From Candidatus Nomurabacteria bacterium (lineage in GTDB: Bacteria; Patescibacteriota; Minisyncoccia; Phycocordibacterales; UBA9973): DNA of 64,000 nucleotides. A program made the translations under genes and the position numbers. This document shows, piece by piece, positions 58,042-64,000 of the stretch. The notes beneath the pieces were generated by a model that was not told the origin of the DNA, made no database searches, and saw only the letters and a program-made list of their open reading frames with translations. How positions within the stretch are numbered: the stretch's first letter is position 1; every line of letters begins with the position of its first letter. The stretch spans positions 18,387-82,386 of the forward strand of contig JAPLXO010000004.1 in the NCBI GenBank assembly GCA_026396065.1. Reading direction: 5' to 3'.

Positions 58042-60648
58042 ATGAGAAAAAATTTTGTAGCAAAAATAGTAATATCATTTATTGCACTAGGCATTTTCTT
58101 ATTACCAATTTCTGCAACTTTTCAAAATTCTAATGGTATTCTTGCTGTAAAATCAAAAACAAATATTGCATTGGCAGATCCTTCTACTGTAGATTGGTGG
58201 TATGAATACAATACTGCTGCTGGAGTAGATACTATTGTCGGACCAAATAATAAAGCAGATTGTCTTAGTGATTATGGGCTCACTGTAGTAGGAGGGGCAT
58301 CACCAGTACGAACTTGTTTTGAATCAGCATCCACGCCTACATTAACGAGTACGCAATTAGTAACTACAGAATCTTGCCCACAAGGACAAGAGGGAACACC
58401 ACCAAACTGTAAAAAAATTATTCCAAAAAGTTATAGTTTGGGTTGTTCTTTGACAGATGGATGGGATGGAATTGGTGGATGTATTGCAGCTTTGACATAC
58501 TATGTTGTTTTCGTACCTGCAGCAGCCCTTGCAAGACTGGCTGGTTATTTTTTAGATTTCTTTGTTTATTATTCTACGAATAGCTCGTCTTATACAAATG
58601 GTTTTATTTCTACTGGTTGGGCTGTGGTACGCGATATTGCAAATATATTTTTTATAATTGCCCTTTTGTATGTGGCAATAAAAACAATATTAGGAATGGG
58701 TCATGATGGAAAGAAAATGATTGGTTATATTGTAGTCGTCGCACTTTTAATAAATTTTTCTTTATTTTTTACTCAAGTCATAATCGATGGATCAAATATC
58801 TTAGCAAAGGTATTTTACAATCACATAACAAATATAGATAAAAATGGTAAACCGCTAGATCCTAACATGGGAGCTGCTGGAGGACAAAAATCTATCTCTG
58901 TTAGTATTGTTGCAGGATTCAACCCAAAAGACATAATTGATGAAGAGTCATATCATAGTGTAGGTAGCGCAGACGGTACAGGTGGAATAGGTATGTTTAT
59001 TTTTATTACATTACTGGCTGCGGCACTTTGTGTTTATATTGCATTTATATTTTTTAGTGTTGGGCTCTTATTTGTAGGTAGAGTGGTGGCTCTTTGGATA
59101 TCTATGATTTTTTCTCCTTTAGCTTTTGCATCTTACACAATGCCTATTGATATCCCTGGATTTGGACACAAAGAATGGTGGAAAGAACTTTTGAGTAATG
59201 CATTTTTAGCACCATTATTTATATTCATGCTTTATATTATTTTACTTTTCATTGAAGGATTAAAGAAAATAACTTATGGCACAGCTGATCCAAACGCAAC
59301 TTTTTTTGATAAAGCAATGCATGTGATAATACCATTTATCATTATTGTCGTTCTTCTTATGAAAGCAAAAGAGTTGGCAATAAAATATTCTGGAGAAATG
59401 GGAGCTATGTTTGCAAAAGCTGGTGGAGCTATCAGTGGAGCAGTAGTCGGTGGTGCAATTGGTGTCGGTGCATTAGCAGCTAGATCTACTTTGGGTAGAG
59501 CAAGTAATGCACTAGGAAATTCAAAAATGATGCAGACATGGGAAGCAAAAGGTTGGGGTGGCGGTGCTGTACGAAAAATGTTTGAAAAGGGTGGAAAGGC
59601 TAGCTTTGATGTTCGTGGAACAGGACTTACTAGCGGTGTAGGTAGTGCGGCAAAAGGTGGCTTTGCAGGAGCTAAAGAAAGACAAATTGCAGAAAGGTTG
59701 AATAGAGCAAAATCTTTGGAGGCAGGAGAAAATAGTAAAGAAAAACAAGATGTTTACAAAGCACAAGCAGCTGTGAAGGAAGCAGAAGCAAATCCAAAAG
59801 TACAAGAAGAAATCCGACAAGCAAATATTGTTATTAAGAATGCAGATATTGCTATTGATGCTCAGAAAGAAAAAGTGGCAGATGCAGAGAAGAAGGTAGC
59901 AGATGCAGATAAAGATATTAAAGAAGGAGAAAATGATATTGCAGACGGAGAAAGACAGGCAAAAGTCGTAAGTGATCAACTTGGTAAACTTACTAAGGCC
60001 GACCTTGATGGTGAAAAGGGAAATGAACTAAGAGCAGAACTAGAAGCAGCTAAAAATAAAATGAAGGGTGGTCAATCTAAGAAAGATGCAGCAAGAGAAT
60101 TAAAAGAAAAACCAGGAGGTTTGTTGGAACAATTGAAAACAGAAAAAGCTGAACTAAAACGATTAGACCAAGAACAGAACGGAAATAAAGGTGAAATGGC
60201 AAATGCTCAGAAACTTATTACATCAGGTGAGGCAGATATGGCAGCAGCAGGAAATGACTCAGCAAGAAAAGCTGCAGCTCAAGCAAAAATAGATGCAGGT
60301 AAGGCGGCAATGGCACTTGCAGACGGAAACAGAGGAAAACTAAAGAGAGCAGAAAAACCAATTGAAGATGCAAAATTAGCAGAGAAAAAAGCTAAATTAA
60401 TACTGGAAACACATAATATAGAGATAAGACAAGTATATGCTACTACTACAGAGAGTGATCTTCATCAAATTATATCTGTAATTTCTGGAGAAAGTACTGA
60501 TGCAAATACTGAGTCTGCAAACAAGATAAGGGCACAGTTTAGTGGAGGTGGAAGCCACTCATCACCAACACCTGCACCAGCAGCAAAACCGACAGTATCT
60601 GCACCAGCAGCAAAAGTAACAGTAAAAGCAGATGATCATCATAAGTAA
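58042..60648 (+). CDS. VirB6/TrbL-like polytopic membrane protein with coiled-coil tail
   Basis: GWAVVRDIAN, ALLINFSLF....ID.SN, SPLAF, WWKEL; multiple TMs. Confidence 0.8.
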   Translation: MRKNFVAKIVISFIALGIFLLPISATFQNSNGILAVKSKTNIALADPSTVDWWYEYNTAAGVDTIVGPNNKADCLSDYGLTVVGGASPVRTCFESASTPTLTSTQLVTTESCPQGQEGTPPNCKKIIPKSYSLGCSLTDGWDGIGGCIAALTYYVVFVPAAALARLAGYFLDFFVYYSTNSSSYTNGFISTGWAVVRDIANIFFIIALLYVAIKTILGMGHDGKKMIGYIVVVALLINFSLFFTQVIIDGSNILAKVFYNHITNIDKNGKPLDPNMGAAGGQKSISVSIVAGFNPKDIIDEESYHSVGSADGTGGIGMFIFITLLAAALCVYIAFIFFSVGLLFVGRVVALWISMIFSPLAFASYTMPIDIPGFGHKEWWKELLSNAFLAPLFIFMLYIILLFIEGLKKITYGTADPNATFFDKAMHVIIPFIIIVVLLMKAKELAIKYSGEMGAMFAKAGGAISGAVVGGAIGVGALAARSTLGRASNALGNSKMMQTWEAKGWGGGAVRKMFEKGGKASFDVRGTGLTSGVGSAAKGGFAGAKERQIAERLNRAKSLEAGENSKEKQDVYKAQAAVKEAEANPKVQEEIRQANIVIKNADIAIDAQKEKVADAEKKVADADKDIKEGENDIADGERQAKVVSDQLGKLTKADLDGEKGNELRAELEAAKNKMKGGQSKKDAARELKEKPGGLLEQLKTEKAELKRLDQEQNGNKGEMANAQKLITSGEADMAAAGNDSARKAAAQAKIDAGKAAMALADGNRGKLKRAEKPIEDAKLAEKKAKLILETHNIEIRQVYATTTESDLHQIISVISGESTDANTESANKIRAQFSGGGSHSSPTPAPAAKPTVSAPAAKVTVKADDHHK

Positions 60649-60674
60649 AAAAGTAAACAGTAACAAACAAATTT

Positions 60675-61142
60675 ATGACAGAAGAATTAAAACAAAAAAT
60701 TAAAGAGCAATTGTTAACACTACCAAAAGACTCTCAGCAAGCATTGGAATCTTTCGATTGGATTTTAGAAACAGAAAAGATAGCAAAGGAACACAATATA
60801 CCTGAAGAAAATTCAAGTAAAATAGCCACGGAAATCGTTCTGATTTTGTGCAGATATGAATATAGTGGAGCTTTAGCTGATAATATAGCAGAAAATGTAA
60901 GTATAAATAAAAAAGAAGCAGAAGAGATTACACAAAAGATATTAAAAAGAATTTTAAAACCAATAAGTGACAAAAGAATTGAAATAATTAAACAAAACAT
61001 AAAAACAAAAATTCCTACTTGGGATAAATGGATGAAATTTGTACTGTCTGGTGGAGATTATTCTGTTTTTGGTGATAGCCAATTTTCTAAAACAATGATA
61101 GAACCAAAATTAATAAATACAAGGGGAAACCTTGTGATATAA
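60675..61142 (+). CDS. Hypothetical helical protein (paralogous to the next gene's N-terminus)
   Basis: LP...Q.....DW..E..L.L pattern shared with 61150. Confidence 0.75.
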   Translation: MTEELKQKIKEQLLTLPKDSQQALESFDWILETEKIAKEHNIPEENSSKIATEIVLILCRYEYSGALADNIAENVSINKKEAEEITQKILKRILKPISDKRIEIIKQNIKTKIPTWDKWMKFVLSGGDYSVFGDSQFSKTMIEPKLINTRGNLVI

Positions 61143-61149
61143 TAAATAT

Positions 61150-61980
61150 ATGATAATGGATTTATTACAAATAAAGATCGAGAAGGCAAAGGCATTATTG
61201 CCAGAAGAAACAAGACAATCAATAGACAATGTTGATTGGAGACAAGCAATCTTAGATATAAAAACAAAAAAAGGTTTTAATTTAGACCAATTGGAAAACC
61301 TAGAAATAGAAACAGAGCTTCTTCTTTGTGGTCTTTTAGACCCAAAAGAATATCCAAAACAACTTCAAAGTAAACTTGGAATTACAGATAATGAAGCTCA
61401 AGAGTTGGTAAATGACATGAATGAACACGCTTTCAAAAAAATTCGTGATGAATTTATGAAAATTACCGATAAACAAAATACAGAATTATTAAAACACAGA
61501 GCTGAAATAGCAAAAGAAATCCCTGTAGAAAAAATTCCAATTAAAATAGTTACACCAGATCAAACACAGACAAAAGAAGATACATCCATTTTAAAAACAG
61601 CTGGAATAGAAATAACCCCGGCTTCTTTTAAGAAAGAAGTAGCTAGTGACATATCAGAAAAAAGAGATGATATGATAAAAGATTTAGAGCAACCAGAATT
61701 GATCAATAAACAAGAAGTAAAAACAAAAATAGGAATAGAAACAATAAATAAAATATTACCGACAATATCAAATTCAAAACTTTCTGGAAGCTTTCAAATA
61801 CCGACAGCAAAGACAGAGTACTCACTAGGTAATATGACAAAAAACACAGAAATAAAAGAGTTGACTCCAAATAAAAATCTAGCTGAAATGGAGATATCTA
61901 CACCAAAAGAAAACACAATCACAAGACCGAAAATACCAGGAGTTGACCCGTACTTGATGCCGATAGATGACGAAAAATAG
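61150..61980 (+). CDS. Hypothetical protein upstream of prgI
   Basis: Helical N-domain, low-complexity linker, C-terminal DPYLMPID. Confidence 0.8.
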   Translation: MIMDLLQIKIEKAKALLPEETRQSIDNVDWRQAILDIKTKKGFNLDQLENLEIETELLLCGLLDPKEYPKQLQSKLGITDNEAQELVNDMNEHAFKKIRDEFMKITDKQNTELLKHRAEIAKEIPVEKIPIKIVTPDQTQTKEDTSILKTAGIEITPASFKKEVASDISEKRDDMIKDLEQPELINKQEVKTKIGIETINKILPTISNSKLSGSFQIPTAKTEYSLGNMTKNTEIKELTPNKNLAEMEISTPKENTITRPKIPGVDPYLMPIDDEK

Positions 61981-62013
61981 TAACTAGACAATAAAACCTA
62001 GAAACTAATTAAT

Positions 62014-62460
62014 ATGCAATTTAAAGTACCACAATTTTTAGATATAGAAGATAAAATATTTGGTCCATTTACCTTTAGACAATTTGCGTACTTAGCAGGA
62101 GGTGGTGGATTATGTTTTGTCATATACAGAGCATTACCTTGGTATTTTGCTATTTTTTTAATTTTACCACTTGCAGGCCTTTCTTTAATGCTAACGTTTT
62201 ATAAAATAAACAACAAGCCTTTCCTTAATGTAATAGAATCAGCTTTCAAATATGCTTTTGCAAGTAAACTCTACATTTGGAAAAGAAGAATGAAAAAGAA
62301 AGAAGATCAAGAAAAAGAAGCGCAAGTAGCGGAAGATAAAAAAATAGAAATGCGAGGTGCTACACCGCTTGGAACAAGCAGATTAAAAGATTTATCTTGG
62401 AGTTTAGATGTATTAGATGTAAAAAAGGGGAATGAAGATGAATTAAAAAACACACAATAA
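62014..62460 (+). CDS. PrgI (VirB3-like) family protein
   Basis: MQFKVPQFLDIEDKIFGPFTFRQF, two TMs. Confidence 0.88.
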   Translation: MQFKVPQFLDIEDKIFGPFTFRQFAYLAGGGGLCFVIYRALPWYFAIFLILPLAGLSLMLTFYKINNKPFLNVIESAFKYAFASKLYIWKRRMKKKEDQEKEAQVAEDKKIEMRGATPLGTSRLKDLSWSLDVLDVKKGNEDELKNTQ

Positions 62461-62464
62461 TTAT

Positions 62465-63130
62465 ATGGCATTATCAGCAAAAGCAACTCAAGAGTTTGTA
62501 CCTATCAAGGAAGTCCGTGATGGTATTGTAGTTATGAAAGATGGTCAATTGCGAGCCATCGTTTTAGCTAATTCCACAAACCTTTCTTTAAAATCTGAAG
62601 AAGAACAAAAGGCTACAATAATGCAATTCCAGTCTTTTCTAAATACAATCGACTTTCCAATACAAATAGTAGTGCAATCTAGACGCCTAGACATAAGACC
62701 ATATTTACTTCTTTTAGAAAACAGAATGAAAGCTCAGACAGAACCATTACTTAAAATACAAACAAAGGAATATATGCAGTTCATAAGAAATTTTACTGAA
62801 ACCACAAACATAATGACAAAAAATTTCTTCATCATAGTTCCATATAGTGTGGAAAAAATGGTGACTAGTAGTAGTGGAGGAATTTTTAGTAGATTTTTTT
62901 CTAAACAAACCAAGGCAATGGAAAAGGAAGCTCAAACAAAAGATTTTGAAGAAAAAAGATCTCAGCTTGATCAGAGAATAGGTGTGATAGAGCAAGGTTT
63001 GGCACGATGCGGTATTAAATCAGTAGAACTTGGTACAGAAGAAGTGGTAGAAGTATTTTATAAAGTATTTAATCCAGGAGAAATAGAGGGTAAGATAAAT
63101 TTAAGCCAAGGAGAAGAAAAAAAGCTATAA
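62465..63130 (+). CDS. T4SS-associated protein (VirB4 N-domain-like)
   Basis: TQEFVPIKEVRDG, N..LKS.EEQ, FLN..DFPIQI; lies between prgI and virB4. Confidence 0.8.
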   Translation: MALSAKATQEFVPIKEVRDGIVVMKDGQLRAIVLANSTNLSLKSEEEQKATIMQFQSFLNTIDFPIQIVVQSRRLDIRPYLLLLENRMKAQTEPLLKIQTKEYMQFIRNFTETTNIMTKNFFIIVPYSVEKMVTSSSGGIFSRFFSKQTKAMEKEAQTKDFEEKRSQLDQRIGVIEQGLARCGIKSVELGTEEVVEVFYKVFNPGEIEGKINLSQGEEKKL

Positions 63131-63152
63131 TAAAACAAACAGTTATAAATAT

Positions 63153-64000
63153 ATGGGAATTTTAGATAAATTATTAGGAAGAAAAACTAGCGGAAAAGAT
63201 GCTGTAAAAGCATCTGTTTTACCAGTACTACCCCAAGAAATATATGAGTCAGCTGTTATGGAGCTTCAAGATATTATTGCTCCTTCAGCTTTAAAAATAG
63301 AACCAAAAGCATTAAACTTAGGGGATAAAATCGCTAGAACTTTTTTTGTCATTTCTTATCCTAGATTTCTAACAGAAAATTGGTTTTCTCCAATTATAAA
63401 CTTGGATAAAGTTTTTGATGTAGCAATTTTTATACACCCAATAGATACTTCTCTAGCTTTAAGACAATTTCAAAAGAAAGTTGCCGAAGTGCAAAGTCAG
63501 ATTAATGAACGTGAATCAAAAGGAATGGTGCGTGATCCAATGCTCGATACAGCAAACCAAGATCTCGAAGGTCTTCGAGACAGCTTGATGCAAGCACAAG
63601 AAAAAATGTTTGATGTTGGATTATACATCACAATATATGCTGATAATGACCTAGAACTTTTTAAAATTGAAAGTGAGATAAAATCTATTCTAGAATCAAA
63701 ACTTATTTATTTAAAACCAGCATTATTCCAACAAGATGATGGTTTTAAGAGTATTATTCCACTAGGCAACGATCTTTTGAGTGTTCACCAAAAATTAAAT
63801 TCAGAACCACTTTCTAGTATTTTTCCATTCGTTTCTTTCGACTTAACATCTGATAAAGGAATACTATATGGATTAAATAGACACAATTCATCTATGGTTA
63901 TTTTTGATAGATTTTCATTAGAAAATTACAATTCCGTAACTTTTGCAAAATCTGGATCTGGAAAATCTTATTGTACAAAGTTAGAAATCTTGCGTAGTTT
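63153..64000 (+). CDS. VirB4-like T4SS ATPase, partial (runs off the right edge)
   Basis: Absent from the ORF track; MGILDKLLG..YPRFL..FPF..GILYGLN..FDRF..AKSGSGKSY (Walker A). Confidence 0.9.
   Translation, partial: MGILDKLLGRKTSGKDAVKASVLPVLPQEIYESAVMELQDIIAPSALKIEPKALNLGDKIARTFFVISYPRFLTENWFSPIINLDKVFDVAIFIHPIDTSLALRQFQKKVAEVQSQINERESKGMVRDPMLDTANQDLEGLRDSLMQAQEKMFDVGLYITIYADNDLELFKIESEIKSILESKLIYLKPALFQQDDGFKSIIPLGNDLLSVHQKLNSEPLSSIFPFVSFDLTSDKGILYGLNRHNSSMVIFDRFSLENYNSVTFAKSGSGKSYCTKLEILRS

Noticed and set aside
27-62995. Numerous short ORFs antisense to or overlapping long genes and tRNAs (e.g. 4699, 11799, 17001, 19072, 29340, 45076)
   Set aside because: Shadow frames of well-supported genes; no independent signals

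Overview
AT-rich bacterial chromosome segment whose gene content points to Patescibacteria/CPR (Parcubacteria-like; inferred from a trigger factor without the PPIase domain, TrmB regulators, a Cys-rich CPR family, DUF559 and a chromosomal PrgI/VirB4/VirB6 T4SS locus). It carries housekeeping genes (ppa, tig, clpP, rny, hup, cca, murI, xth, xer, rpsO, pnp, comM, pcrA, rsmA), four ordinary tRNAs, one atypical 124-nt tRNA-Leu, a parS/DnaA-box cluster, a RAYT with REPs and a DUF559 repeat family. Main unexplained signal: most housekeeping genes look leaderless or nearly so, while about ten stand-alone accessory genes share a different frame: sigma70 promoter, boxA-like motif, often a long hairpin, ORF, terminator. 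Two neighbouring units have an identical 35-nt promoter/boxA block and near-identical terminators around unrelated cargo. One cargo is a full-length Bacteroidota-type primary sigma factor that has lost its promoter-melting aromatic residues (possible decoy). Two ORF-free structured regions (8.45-8.75 kb, 28.9-29.25 kb) are candidate novel ncRNAs. All family assignments were made by eye from motifs; no searches were run.
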